Shown: positions 1 to 16,912 of the stretch, one piece after another
How positions within the stretch are numbered: the first letter of the stretch is position 1
Layout of the letters: the number at the start of each line of letters is the position of its first letter
DNA from: the human T2T-CHM13v2.0 reference genome, Homo sapiens
Length of the DNA stretch: 64,000 nucleotides
Reading direction: 5' to 3' (one strand)
NCBI RefSeq assembly: GCF_009914755.1
Contig: NC_060942.1
The notes under the pieces: generated by a model
The model's input: the letters and a program-made list of their open reading frames with translations, nothing else
The model's database searches: none
Told to the model about the DNA's origin: nothing
Position numbers and translations under genes: made by a program

Positions 1-29
1 TCTTATAAAGAACAATAACCAAGGTGGCT

Positions 30-168
30 TATTTTAAAAATATATTCCAAGGCCTCATCCCCAGAGATTCTATTCAATAGATCTGGGATTAGAAAGCTAG
101 TTTTATTTTTTTTTTTACAAATACTTAAGGTGATTCTGATGCAGGTTCGAGTTATGAGAAAGACTGGT
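30..168. mobile_element. MER5-like hAT-Charlie DNA transposon remnant
   Basis: ggcctcatccccagagattct...ggtgattctgatgcagg...gagaaagactg motifs typical of MER5. Confidence 0.55.
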
Positions 169-194
169 TTGGTTTGTGTTGAAAGAGTGGTAGT

Positions 195-533
<339 letters not shown>

Positions 534-789
534 TCACTATGCTGAAAGATTTTAAAAAATATTATTCCATCCTCTTCCTTGCAGACAACAAGAGGAAGAC
601 ATTTGCCTTCCTATTATTTCATTGCAGGAGGAGATATGTTTATTTAAAAGCAGATAAGTTTATTTAAAAGTAGAGCTAATTGTTTAGGTTAAATGAAGAA
701 AGGGCTTACCCAATGTTCTGTCTTACCCAGTGAAACTATGCCCAGTCATACTGTCTTGATGAAATAGGGAGAGGAAGAGGAGGAAAACT

Positions 790-1000
790 ACCACTTAGCC
801 ATCAACACCTTTCCATAGGCCTGGCACTGTGCTAAGCACCTTCTGTACAGAAATTCAGTTAAACTTTCCTGCAGCATTTTGGAGAAGATATTACTCCCAT
901 TTACAGATAAAGAAACGGAAGCATGGGGAACTTAAATAACTTACACAATTAATCAGTGGTGCAGCTGGAATTAAAACTCAGGTCAGTGTGATTAAACAGT
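790..1000 (-). mobile_element. MIR SINE
   Basis: ggcactgtgctaagcac...cccatttacagataaagaaacggaagc core. Confidence 0.7.
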
Positions 1001-1829
1001 CCTTCTCTTAACAAAAACTCTGAAAGAGCATTTACATGTTTGGCTCTTGTTAGGTTATATAGTACAAGCCTCAGACACTTCTACTCATGCCATCAAAGGC
1101 TGATAATAATAGATCAGTAAACTTTAAGAGAACTATCAAATTACTCTTAATCCATTTAACTCCTAAGTAATAGATACTGTATAAGTCTCAATTGTAGGTG
1201 ATCTGTGCCTGATGCTGCCTCTTCCTTAGGCAGAATTGAGAAGACAGGCTTATAATATATTGAAGCTAAAACCAGCATAGAGTTTTATGGGGATATCAAA
1301 TTGTCATGAGAAGTAGCTCACATGGTAAAAAATAAAGAATTGGTGTAACATATTTTCTCTGCAAATTAGCGTTCTTAGACCACAATTACAAATATCAATC
1401 ACATAGAACATGAAATTGTTATTTGGTGGATAGAAATTAAAGAGACCCCACTCCAAGAAAACACTTCCAGATAAGCGACACTAACGATGGTATGGGAGCA
1501 AGTATTTCAAAAAATGGAAAAAGAAAGGGAGTGATTTGCATATATAACTGAAGGCTTTTGAATTTTTTCTTAAGAATACTGTTTCAGATTAATTATACTA
1601 ATAGCTACTTCTCATGACCACACTGAAAAGCATCTACATCATATATCCTAGCACGATTTTCATTAATCATTATATCCAATTTGAAAAGTACTGATGTGTC
1701 TCTGTTGTGTTAAAAAAAAAAATTCACTAGACAAAATGAAACTGACTTTCCCTGTATACTCACGACCTCAACTTGACAGTCAACCCTGAGGACGGGAATA
1801 TCTAACTTATTAGCAGAGTGAATGGGATT

Positions 1830-2030
1830 GGGTTTTAGAATCTGAACAACCAATGTTCAAACTTGCTTTTTCACTAGCTTTATAAATTGGACAATTGACC
1901 TCTCTAAATATCGGTTTCATACTATATCGAATGGGACAATATAAGCAATCTCAAAGGGTTATGGGAACAAAATGAGGAAGCGTTATAAACACTTGAACAT
2001 GCCCAGTACACAGCAACTATCATTTTACTA
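1830..2030 (+). mobile_element. MIR SINE (degenerate)
   Basis: ttttagaatctgaac...ttcaaac...cactagct...acctctct...cggtttc pattern. Confidence 0.55.
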
Positions 2031-2327
2031 TTTCGTTTCACCTGTGGCTTGTAGCACATTGCTGATCATACAATAGCACTTAATAAGTAGTTGGTCATTT
2101 TATTAAAATTAGGAAGTATAAACAAAGCAAAAATAATCAATTCTGAAAGGTAAGTATTAGCAAATGAAGAGTCTGAGCACATGAATATGAATCTTCCCTT
2201 CCCTTCCCTTTCAGTTGGGGATTTCTTGCTACTACGAATATTTTAAAATTATTCCTCTTCCTCCCCTCCTCCAGGCCAGACTGCCTCTCACCTGGACCTA
2301 AGGTCAGTTGGGAGTACTTTGGTAAGC

Positions 2328-2522
2328 AGTACTGGCTATATAATTTACTGGGCCCAGAACAAATTAAAAATGTGAGGCCTCTTGTTAAAAAAAAATTAAG
2401 AATTTCAAGGGTATGGCAGCAGAGCATTAAACCAGGCATGGCCCTTCCTTCTAAGTGAGGGGCTCTTTTAAGCACAAGGCCCTGTGTAACTGCACAGGTC
2501 ACATGTCCACAAAGCTGGCATT
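2328..2522 (-). mobile_element. MER45A-like hAT-Tip100 element
   Basis: Reverse strand GTGACCTGTGCAGTTACACAGGGCC...GGTTTAATGCTCTGCTG...TTGAAATTCTTAA...CTGGGCCC matches recalled MER45A. Confidence 0.75.
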
Positions 2523-3162
2523 GGTGGCAAGTATGACGCAGCAGTAGAAAGAAGGAGAGAAGAGTAGAGAAAGGAGGTCCCTGTGCTGTGCAGCAGTACG
2601 TAAGGAAAGGCTGGGATGTAATCTCATCCTGAAACTTTCTTAAAAGAAGGAGAACAACAGAAAACAGTTCTGGCCAGATCTATGCAATACAATCTATGCA
2701 ATAAGGAAGGGAACCTTTCCTTAACTCCTCATTAAAATAATGCAAGGATTTTTCATCCCTGTTGTTTCTCATTGGGAGGAACAGAATCACTACTAAGGCT
2801 CTCCATGGTGGAGCAGTATTAGTAAGGAAGATTGGAAGACCAGGGAATGAGGAAACCAGTATCACGGGGAGGAAAGGACTGAAGCCTAGAAAAGGATCAG
2901 AATTTTGCTCTATTTAAAGCCCAGTGGAGAGCATGGATAGCTTTTAATTAAGATTTCCTAAAACTGTAATCTTCTTGTTATTTTTAGTCCATCTAGTTTC
3001 ATGTTATGATGATGGTAAAGCCCTTAGAAAAACCTCAAAAGAGCTGTGAGCTTGTTTCAAGAATAGAAGGTGGGAGAGAATCAGGGAACACAGACTATAT
3101 TTCTATGCTGCAATGAATCAAAAAAGGCAAAAACAACCTTAACCAGTAGCAACTGTCTGGAG

Positions 3163-3373
3163 CAGAATTTCTCAGTCTTGGCATTCTTGACATTTGGGGG
3201 TAGATGATTATCAGCTTGCTTGGTTTATACACCCACAAGATGTCAGTAGAAACACCCTAGTTGTGACAACCGAAAAATATCTCTGGATATACCAAATGTA
3301 CCCAGGTAGGTGGGAAGTGAGGCAGTAAGAGGAAATGGAGGAAGCAAAATCATGTCTAGTTGAGAACCACTGG
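3163..3373 (+). mobile_element. MER20 hAT-Charlie element
   Basis: tttctcagtcttggcattcttgacatttggg...ccacaagatgtcagta...gttgtgacaacc...gttgagaaccactg. Confidence 0.75.
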
Positions 3374-4399
3374 TCCAGAGAAAGAGAAAAAGGATAGGGA
3401 AATAGGAGGTTTATAAAGGCAGGTGCCCAGATCTCACAGCAGAAACAGAAAGAAGGGCCCCTGCCAGCATGCACCATCACTGCAAGCTCCTCTCTCAGTT
3501 CTCAGTAGTGTCTCTCCCAGCTCCTCATTCATGGGCCTTAGAAGAACCAATCTAAATGGCTTGGAGGTGGGTGCCTCTTTTTTTTTACTGCCAGACAACT
3601 AGGAGTGGTGGAGAATCCAGTCATTCTGGAAAGTAAGATAAAGCACAACTGGGAGAAACATTTCTTACCTCAGAAAGTTGATAGTCAATGTATTTGCTGC
3701 TAGAAATGTGGTTGTAATTATTTTTAACAATTCAGATATACTTTAGGTTAAATGGTATTTTATGGGTCGGTCTGGGACACTAGAGCCATTTATAATATCA
3801 TTTCTATTGGAAGATGTAGAGTTCCAAATAAATGAAACATGAAATTTTATATCACAACCTATAAACTAGAAAGTGTCTGTACAGAGAGATTTTAGATTTT
3901 AGAAGGGGCTCTCTTATTTACCACAGGATCGGGGTTCCCACACATGTGTGAATCTGTCACTGACTACTGAGAAAGGCACGGCTCCATTTAGAATGACTTT
4001 AAGTGTTCAAATGTAGGTACAGCAGCAAAATAGAACAGACAGGTTTATTTGGAACATGTTAATTTCCATAAATTAGCAGGTAGCTATCAGTAGGTCTGGC
4101 TTATTCTTACATGAAAACTGGAGAAAATTCACCAAACTGAGCCACACAAAAACCTAAAACTTATTTTAGCTCTCATGTATTGTCTTAAAAAGCATCTTCC
4201 CTTTTGAAATTATAATCTCTATTAGAACAAAGTGAACTGACCAGAGGAACATGCTGAACTTCAATAATGAAACTAAGGGAAGTTCATCTAAAATTCCTAC
4301 ATATCCAAACTCCTGTTTTTTATTGTTTATTTTAGACACCATAGCTGAATATTAACCCCCAAGCCAAGAAGCCTACAGAGCAACTTCAGACTGACTAGA

Positions 4400-4900
4400 A
4401 AAGCCAGGCGTGAAGCCTGAAGGTCTAGAGCCTCTATGAACATCGTCCTTTCCACCTCAGATCTCCTCCTATTTTAGAGAAATAAGAATCCTGCTGCCCT
4501 CCTAAGGTTATCCCACCACCTGTGCTCCTGATCACATCTTCTACCTCCTCCTCATCTTGCCCCATCAATTTGCCCAACTTCTCTTCTCACATTTTCCATT
4601 TTTCCCCTCCTCCCCTGGGACTTCTTCTTTTAAGTGACAGATGCACTTGAACACTGACAACTTAAAACATGTCCTTATTCACACTGCTTCCCCCTCAAGC
4701 CATCTTTATCTTCCCCTCCCACTAGTAGAGAGAACTTGTGTCTTATTTCCTCACATTCTATTCATTCTTTTCCTTCTAACCCAGGCTCTGCCCCTCTTAT
4801 TTATATGAACACTGACCTTGCCCAAGGTCACAGTCACCTAATTACCAAATCCAATTCCTAGCTCAAGCCTCCCCTGTCCTACTTCACTGATACATTCGCC
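4400..4900 (+). mobile_element. L2 LINE fragment
   Basis: Pyrimidine-rich degenerate L2 body (aaggtcacagtcacctaattaccaaatccaat). Confidence 0.5.
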
Positions 4901-5254
4901 TGCCGTCAGGGGACTGAAGACATTTTGTGATGGTTCTCTGTATGTTTCTGTATTCTTTACAACTATTCAGCAACAAATTAAAATGTCTAACATTAATTGT
5001 CAAAGATTTAGACTACAAGCATTTCTTTTCTTTTTTCTAATGAAAAAAATTTAAATGCGTAAGATATGTGATATACTTTTTAAAGTATATGAGGACAACA
5101 GTGTTAATGCCTTATAAAACAGAAGAAGCAAAAGTTACCTTAAAAATCTCACCATTTTTAGAGTTTTATCTGCAATCTACATCTGTCAAGAGCATGATGC
5201 TAGACACAAAATTCGCACTCAGATGTTTGTGGGATGAATATTTGGCTAAGTAGA

Positions 5255-5450
5255 GGGAGGACAGGGTGATAGAAAGCGCTGGTTTGGCAGCTAAATGCTT
5301 TAATCCTGGCTCAAACACTAAATAGATTTGCTTGGGCAAAGTACTTAAACTCTTTGCATATATTTTCACTAGTAAACTAGAAGTCTTAGTAACTGTCAGA
5401 TCTATCTCAGGTTATCAAAACACTAATAAAATATGAGAAAGTTCTTTGAG
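5255..5450 (+). mobile_element. MIR SINE (degenerate)
   Basis: ttaatcctggctc...ttgggcaaagtacttaaactctttg. Confidence 0.55.
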
Positions 5451-6556
5451 AATACAAATCTTTTATCAAATTGCTCAGAATTTTTTTCTAATGTTAGGAT
5501 TCCATCAATTGAATGAATATCTTACTTTCATAAGACAGTTACTAAATCTAATCACATAATAGAGACTCTTGTCACATAATTGTCGATTAAAGCAAAATCC
5601 AGAAAGTGTGTACTTTCTAGTCACTCTCAAAAGGCTAAATATACAAGACACTGGGTTAGGGCTACGTGGATGAATGGTGTTTCCTGCCAAGAAGAAATTC
5701 ACTGTCCAGTTTCTAAACTGCTTTATTTCCAATCAGCCCCATATAGTATCTGAATTGTCTAGTTATGGTCAGCAAAAACAACTTAAATACCATGGCCTGC
5801 AAACATCAAAGATCAAGTATGAGCTACCCTCTTATTTTGTCAGGGTGGCCTAAGAAGAAAGAGCTAGATAATGACAAGAAAATTATTGCATAAACCAAGG
5901 AGAAGGTTACTTCGTGTGGCTGTGCAAACTACAATGTGATCTCTCGTTAAGGCAAAAGATAATTTGGGCTAAACAGGATAGATGAATAAACCAAAGGGCA
6001 AATTTTAGGGCTGATGAAGACAGAGGTGCAGTAAGCGTTTGCTGTAGTTGTTTGACTAAATTTTGCCATGAATACTCTCTAACTTACACACAGTGGGTAT
6101 ACAATACTTGTCAAGTGCCTGAAAAGGTACAATTATCCTAAGATGACCATGGAATAAGAGTATCATTCGTGGTGCCTAGATTTTTCATGTGCTCCTCCCA
6201 CAGAAAAAGCTACAATCATTTTCTTATTGATACGCAAGTTCATATAGGAACTTAGATGTGCTCCTTCACTACTTTTCACATATTTGTCACATGTCAGTAT
6301 ACTTGGAATTATTTGCTCAGTGTTGATTTTCAGATTCAAAGTTTTATGAAGATGGGGGCATGTTCGACTTTTTTGTTTATATAGCACCTGTTAATCAGCA
6401 ATATCTGCTGTGAAATGAATAAACTGATGATTTCAAAACCCACTCGACTGCAGGAACTTTGATCTCTAATAGATAAGGATCTATCATTAGTTCTTTATAA
6501 GAAGATGTGCGCTTAAGAAAAGCTTTCTTGAAACTAATCTCGGTAGTGTAAATTAA

Positions 6557-6844
<288 letters not shown>

Positions 6845-6886
6845 AAATTAATTCCTATTCTTTCTGTAGGACACTAACAGGCACTA

Positions 6887-7216
6887 TTTTTTTTTTCCTC
6901 TCTTTTTTTTTTTTTTTTTTTTTTGAGACAGAGTATCACTCTGTTGCCCAAGCAGGAGTCAGGGATGCAGTGGGTATGATCATAGCTCGCTGCAACCTGC
7001 AACTCCGGGGCTCAAGGAATCCTCCTGCCTCAGCCACCCGAGTAACTGGAACTACAGGCCCACACCACTGCGCCAGCTAGTTTCTTAAAAAATTTCCTGT
7101 AGAGATGGAGTCTCACTTTCTTGGCAGGCTGCTCTCAAACTCATGGCCTCAAGCAGTCCTCCCATCTCAGCCTCCCAAAGTGCTTGGATTACAGGCATAA
7201 GCCACCATGCCCAGCC
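6887..7216 (-). mobile_element. AluJ-like
   Basis: Diverged Alu with poly-T at the left end. Confidence 0.9.
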
Positions 7217-7229
7217 GTTCTTCCTTTTT

Positions 7230-9850
<2,621 letters not shown>

Positions 9851-9965
9851 AGAAATAAAAAAAGTTCACAGATCCTCCCTCATGACAGTTGTCATGTTTT
9901 TAAAATGAACTAGAAAAATACACAATTATTGGTAACTATGAACCAACAGCCTATGTATTCCTTAA

Positions 9966-10270
9966 TTTTTTCTTTTTCTTTTTTTTTTTTTTTTTTTTTT
10001 TGAGACAGGGTCTCATTCTGGAGTGCAGTGGCCTGATCTCGGCTCACTGCAACCACTGCCTCCTGGGTTCAAGCAATTCTCATGCGTCAGCTTCCCAAGC
10101 TGGGACTACAGGCACGCGCCACCATGCTCGGCTAATTTTTGGCATTTTTAGTAGAGATGCGTTTTCACCATGTTGGCCAGGTTGGTTTTGAACTCCTGGC
10201 CTCAAGAAATGTGCCTGCCTCAGCCTCCCAAAGTGCTGGGATTACAGATGTTGAGCCACTGCATCTAGCC
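9966..10270 (-). mobile_element. Alu with TSD
   Basis: Long T tract; attccttaattttt duplicated on both flanks. Confidence 0.93.
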
Positions 10271-10569
10271 TCATTCCTTAATTTTTAAAAATTCACATGT
10301 AATGTCTCAATTGCAATTCTTCCCTGCATAAAGACTGACCATATCTCCAGACTCTCTTGGGCTCTAGCCCATCATCTTTTACTAGCTCAACATGCAACAA
10401 TTACTTTAAGAGTATAAATTTTCTACCACTCAAATTCATATTTTATTATTTTTAAAAAATATTGAGCTACCCTTTATTATGTCCATATTTCTGTCAAAGA
10501 TATCATTCTCCCACTTTATTCTAAGATTCTTCATATAGGCAGAGCTGATAAGTCAATAAATTTTGTCAA

Positions 10570-10873
10570 TTATTTATTTTATTCTTTTTTTTAAGACGGA
10601 TTCTTGCTCTGTCGCCCAGGCTGGAGTGCAGCGGTGCGATCTCGGCTCACTACAACCTCCACCTCCCAGGTTCAGGCAATTCTCTGCCTCAGCCTCCCAA
10701 GTAGCTGGGATTACAGGCACCTGCCACCACACCCAGCTAATTTTTTTTGTATTTTTAGTAGAGACAGGGTTTCGCATCTTGGCCAGGCTGGTCTTGAACT
10801 CCTGACCACGTGATCCACCCGCCTCGGCCTCCCAAAGTGCTGGGATTACAGGTGTGGGCCACTGTGCCCGGCC
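10570..10873 (-). mobile_element. AluS-like
   Basis: Full-length reverse Alu. Confidence 0.95.
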
Positions 10874-10979
10874 ATCAGTTATTGTATGACCAGCATAAAA
10901 CACACCTTATCGCTTATGCCCTAACTTCTGTAAGAGTTTCTTCAGTGATCTCCTAACCCTGTCAGTCCTCATACTATAT

Positions 10980-11252
10980 ACAATTGACAGACTTCTGTCT
11001 AGAATGTTCCCTCCATATTTCTCTGCTTTTGAAGACCACATGCTCTCTCACTCTTCTGGTGTTTTTTTCATTGCACTTAACACAACATGATACATTATCT
11101 ATACATGTATTTGTCTGACTCACTTCCTATTCTCACACTAGATGGAAAGTTCCATGACAGCAGGGACTTTGTCTTGTTCACTGCAGTATCCCATTGTTTA
11201 GAAAAGTACAAGGTGAAGGCTCAATAAATAATTTTTGAATGAATGAATAATT
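10980..11252 (+). mobile_element. L2 3' end
   Basis: ttccatgacagcagggactttgtcttgttcactgcagtatccc...ctcaataaataatttttgaatgaatgaa. Confidence 0.8.
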
Positions 11253-11299
11253 TAATTCACTAATTCAACTAATTTACATATTAAGCACTTACATAATAG

Positions 11300-13020
11300 A
11301 GAAATTGGGGATAAAGCAATGAATAACCTAATATAGTTGTGATCAGAAAAGAAGAAAGAAGAAACACTAAGGAATGTCTCTAAATCCAAACTTGGTAAAT
11401 CAGGGGTTTTCTGAACAGAAGTGACATCTAAGTTCTTGATGTCACTTGAGAGATGAGTAAGAAACAGCCGCTGAAGGAGAGAAAGGAAACAGCATGAAAT
11501 CTGATCAAGGTATGTAAGGGTCAGGGGTAGGGGATGAATAGCATATGCAAAAACCTGAAAAATGTTCCATATGATTTGAATGTAGAACAAGAGAAGAAGG
11601 TGAGGCCAGAGAGGTAAGCAAAAGGGCTTGGCAGTCATGTTAAAGTGTTCTGAATTTACCCTAAAAGCTACCAGAAAGCACTGCAGGGTTTTCAGCAGTA
11701 TAACACTATTAACACTATCAGACCATCATGCCAGAGGAACACCTGCCTGCAATATGAAGAGTGAAGTAAGGGAACAAGACAGGAAGCACTTGCACCCAGG
11801 AGTTCAAGACCACCCTGGGCAACATAGTGAAATCCCATCTCTATGAAAAACACAAAATTAGCCAGGCATGGTGGTGTGCACCTGTGGTCCCGGCTACTCA
11901 GGAGGCTGAGGTGGGAGCATCACTTGAGCCCAGGAGGTTGAAGCTGCAATGAGTCGTGATTGCACTCCTGCACTCCAGCCTGGGTAGCTAAGCAAGTCCC
12001 TGTCTCCAAAAAAAAAAAAGACAAAAAGCAGAGAGATTAGATGAAATGAATAATAGTTACTTAGTCTCAGAACGGAGCAAGAGAACATTCAGGAGGTAGG
12101 ATCGATAGGACTTGCTGGCTAAATAGACGCTTGGGGTGAAAGATAGGAAGAATCAAGGATGATGCTCAAGTTTCCAGCTTAGGCAGCCAAGCGGACAGTG
12201 GTCCTTTCACTGAGATAAAGCACATCTAATAAAAGGCAGATTTGATTGGATGACAAAGGAGTTCATAGAGATAAAGCAATAGATTACAGGTGCTGATGAG
12301 ACTTCCAAGTGAACAATGTTAGTAGGAGAATTGACACAAACGACTGAAGCTCAGGATGAAGATATAAATTTGGAAATCATTAACATATGGATGATAACTG
12401 AAGCCATGAGAATGAGTGAAATTACCCATGGAGGGTTTACATACAAAAAAGAATGCATAGTATTCCCCGGGAAACCTCAACATTTTAAAAGACAGATAGA
12501 GAAAGAACCTAAGAAGGGGATTCAGAAAAAAAAGTATGAAGGAAAACAAAGAAAGTGTAGAGTCAAAGAATGAAAGCAAATGTTTCAGAAAGAGAGGTAG
12601 TCATATTGTTTAACGTTAAAGCAGGGCAAGAAATTTAAAGACCGAAACTTGTCCATTCAGTTTAACAAGGAACATCAGCAATTCTGAAAAGAACAGTTTC
12701 AGTGAGAACAAAAGCTATTATTTCAGAGACATAAACATACTGAGTAAGAGGTAAAGCAGATAGTAAACACACACAATGCCAAGAAGTTTGACTTTAACAA
12801 GAAAAGAAAGGGAACAAATGCTAAAAGGGGAGCAGTGAAGTGGATAATTTTTTTTAAGATGGGGTGGATTTGAGTATATTTAAATGCTTTGGGAAGAAGC
12901 CAGTTTAGAGACAGTTGGAAGATAAAAGGTAAGTGACATATTCCACTGGATGGGGTCTCTGAGAAGGAAGGAGGAAGTGTATCTGCAGAGTACAGGTGTT
13001 GGAATTAGCTTTAGGCCACC
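11300..13020 (-). mobile_element. L2 LINE fragments interrupted by a truncated plus-strand AluJ (~11785-12020)
   Basis: Purine-rich reverse L2 phrases (gaatcaaggatgatgctcaagtttc, gatataaatttggaaatcat, ggatgataactgaagccatgagaatg). Confidence 0.65.
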
Positions 13021-13246
13021 AGGATATTCCTTCAAGTTCAGTTCAGATGGGTAATATAAAAGCTACTCCCTAGTTAAAAAAGCTCTAAATGTTTCTCATT
13101 TTTAAAATTTAACACAAATGCCTCAGTCTATTTAACTTTATACATATTGAAATAAATATAAATTTAAAATAAAATGCCCTTTTAAACTACTGAATTACTT
13201 CCCCCCACCCAAAAAAAAAGTACTAATAATACTCAAAGCTATAGAA

Positions 13247-13574
13247 AAAGAGTCCCCAACCCCCAGGCCACAGACGGGTAGCGGTCTGTGGCCTGTTGGG
13301 AGCTGGGCGGCACAGCAGGAGGTAAGCATTACCACCTGGGCTCCACCTCCTGCCCAATCAGAGGCAGCATTAAATTCTCACAGAGGCGCGAACCCCATTG
13401 TGCTCTGCGCATGTGAGGAATCTAGGTTGCATGCTCCTTATAAAAATCTAATGCCTAATGATCTGAGGTGGAATGGTTTCATCCCAAAACCATCCCCCTC
13501 GCCCTCACCTGGTCCATGGAAAAATTGTCTGCCACCAAACCAGTCCCTGATGCCAAAAAGGTTGGGGACTGCTG
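13247..13574 (+). mobile_element. MER1B hAT-Charlie MITE with 8-bp TSD
   Basis: Terminal inverted repeats gtccccaacc / ggttggggac; ctatagaa at 13239-13246 and 13575-13582. Confidence 0.88.
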
Positions 13575-16500
13575 CTATAGAAGGTAAGCTGAAACTGGAA
13601 AGTATCTAACTTATTGATAGTCTTTTAATTTGGTACAACCCTTTGGAATCAATTTGCTAGTATGTACCAAAAATGTAAATATTCACACTAATTATATTTC
13701 TGGGAATCTAGCCCAAGGAAACATTATAAAATATTGTTAGAAAATATTTTTTACATTTTAAAAATATGTCCAGCATATGTTTCATGCCTGTTCTAAAGAT
13801 TTCCTCAAGCCTCCTAGCAACAGTAACCTCACTTTTCTTAAACACCTATAGCACTTGCCTGTACTACTCTACTATTCATTTGGCACTTTGTATATGGCAT
13901 CTTCCCAACAGTACCCAGAGTAATATTTTTAAGTGTTATAGGACACATCCTCTATTTTCCCTGCCCAGACAGTCAATTTTTCTGTCCAGAGCAAAGGAAT
14001 ATATCCACCATGAGACTCTGCTTTAGCTTATCTATTTGTCAGTCATTAAGAACATTATAATGAGACTATACTAGAAATAACTGTTAGAGATTAGAAACAA
14101 GAAAATGCTGCTAGAATGCCTGAAATAGTAACCCTCTGGGTTTTAGCAACTGAAAGCTGATCTATTTTACACACTTTTCATACACAGTGACTTTAAACTG
14201 CACATTTACAAAATTTATCTTTTATCAGGAAAGTTTCTTCTAATACAATTTAAAACATTCCTTCTAAAAGAAAAGGCTGGCTTCTGGAAGTAGGTAAAGG
14301 AAAGTTTCATATCCTTGAAAGGGGAATTGGCAAAATGAAATAAAAGGAAAAAAATCTAAGATCAAGTGGAAGATTCAAATCTGCTTCTTTACTGTTAAAC
14401 AATTACCCCTACAAAAAAGTGAATATTCTATAAGAAATGAAATTACTATTCAAAGACTGTCAAAAACACAAAAGCCTTTTAGCCCTCTATAATCTAATAA
14501 TTAAAAGGAAGAAGTAATAGTTCAAAGATGAAGCTTCTTTGGTTTGAGGCTAAAAGAGAAAAAGAAGCAATCAAGAGACCAGATAGTATCAAAGATGACA
14601 GCAGCAAAGAAATAAGAAATAGAAATGGTAGTTCTTCACATTATGAAGGGGGTAAACTAGGAAAGGCATTGTTACCAGCAAAAATTACAACTCAATTAGA
14701 CTAAAAAGACCTTGAGATGTGTTTTATGCATCTAGCTGAATAAGGATATTTCAGTGATTACTGTTTGGGATAATAGTCTGATAACTGGCAGAGTTCCCTC
14801 CTCCCCACTACAGGGGTCTTTTTAATCTAAAGAAAAGACAAGCAATCATCAAATACACTGATGCTATATACAAAAATGGCTGGCTACTACCCTATTATAA
14901 CTAGGTTTTACAAATTCCATCACTACCTTAAAATTTTAATTATAAGTAGAAATCACTACTGAATTCTGTTTAATGCTTTTCTTTTCATACCCTAATTTGC
15001 ACTTTTAAAGCTAAGGCATTTTCAAGGAGTCAATACATTAAAAATTCGTAATTTATATATTTTATAGAATTCAAATTAGGCTGCCATATAAATGACCTGG
15101 GCATAGGATGTTGGTTATAAAAGACAGAATTATTATTTTTAATGATTGCTTCTCATCTAAATTAAACATTTCAGATCTTCTCACAGTAAAGCCTAGTTAA
15201 TATTCAGAAGCCTAATCCTAGTTATAGGCCTCAAAATTCAACACTTTAAAAGGAATTACAATATCACTATCTTGAACATCTTATTAAAAGAATGTGATAC
15301 AAAGAATAAAAACATTTATATCTATGGGAACCTCAAAAATAGAAACCTCATTGTCTAATTCATTTACTCTCTAATAAAAATAACTTCTCCAATTGGAATA
15401 TTTGGCAATTTATATTATCAACTGAATTCAATGAATCTAAGAATGGATAGCAAAATTGGAAGAATCATTTCTGCCTATGTATATTTTGCCAACTATCTCC
15501 TCAATTACAAATAGCTGATTAGCAGTCATCTACCATATGTATATCAAAATAGAATTAAAACCAACATCTTTCCTTTACTAACAAACTGAATCTAAACTGG
15601 AATACTTGGGATAACAGATCATGATTTTTAAAACATTAACATGAAAATTGTCTTTTTACTATTTTCCAATATTCTGCCCAATGCACAGTCCTATTGGTGA
15701 GACAGTGGTCAAATATTACCTCAATTCTTACATTGATGATAAAGAAAGAGGAAAGACAACTAATATCTTAGCACAATCAAAAGCATCCAGCAAAAATTGT
15801 CAGGTACCATAAGGATAAAGTAAAAAACAGCCAAAGCTTTTGGAGAAGTGGCCTGCTAAATAATTTTAAACACTTCCTGTCTATGCAAGCTAAAAGGAAG
15901 ATTAAACCCTCAAAAGATCTGGGTTGAAATGACGTAAGTTTTTTGGGGAGAGATGGAGGAGATAGAACTTTGCTCTTTGGACACATACCTTTCATTTGAG
16001 AATAATCTCATACACCATAATAAAAGAAGGAAAACTTAAAACTATTCAACATACCAAAGAACAAGGAGCAACTAGTCTGGTTATTTCAACTTTAAAACTC
16101 TAAGTTACCAATATCTCTATAGCCAGGTAAACACCCAGTAAATAATTACTAGAGGTTTTTAAAACTGTGACTGAATTTAGGTGCAGAAAATAATTAAATT
16201 ACTGTTAAAACGGCCAGAATTTGCTAATCAATTCATCTTTAAATAAAACATTTGGGTTTACAGACTACATTGAGAATGATTTGGCAAAGAAAAGATGAGG
16301 ATAAAATCTATTAAATACTATCTGATCTCATAAGGAAACTCAAATTTCCAACGTGGAATGATATTACTAATTAAAGATTACATTCCACCTTCTTTATCTT
16401 TCAGAATTTTTGAAGCAAATCTGTTTTACCCAATTATATACTTTCAAAATTCTCAATTAATAAATATATTTTTGGGGAAATGATTTTTAAATCACCAAAA

Positions 16501-16788
16501 AGTCAAAGGACAAGATGTTCAAGACTTTAGACAGTATCTGAGAAAGAATACAACCAGGGAACGGCTTTATCAAGGTGGGCAAAGTTCAGAATGCCAGAAT
16601 TCCTTCCCTGTTGTAATGAATATACTGCAACCTCCTGTGGTTTCGTGACTATCACTGGGTGTGGTAGTAAAACAGAAGGGAAAAGCCTCACACAGAAAGC
16701 TGAATGGCCCAAAGAAAACCTAAGTGGTGACAAGAGCCTAAAGGCACATGCAGGTACGCATCTTTTATGTTGGATGTGATACACTTAC

Positions 16789-16912
16789 ATGGCCCCTGTT
16801 GAATCTCTTGGGGACCAACAGTAAAGCAAGTTTAGAACTTCAAATCTTGAGACATCTATAGCAAGATGCTGATCCAATGTGGCTCCAAATATCTTCTGTT
16901 TTCCTGGCTCAC
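16789..16912 (-). other. Candidate cryptic/poison cassette exon in MBD2 intron 3 (124 nt)
   Basis: Acceptor gttttttcctcttcag|GTGAGC and donor CAT|GTAAGT; in-frame TAG at 16858-16856. Confidence 0.6.
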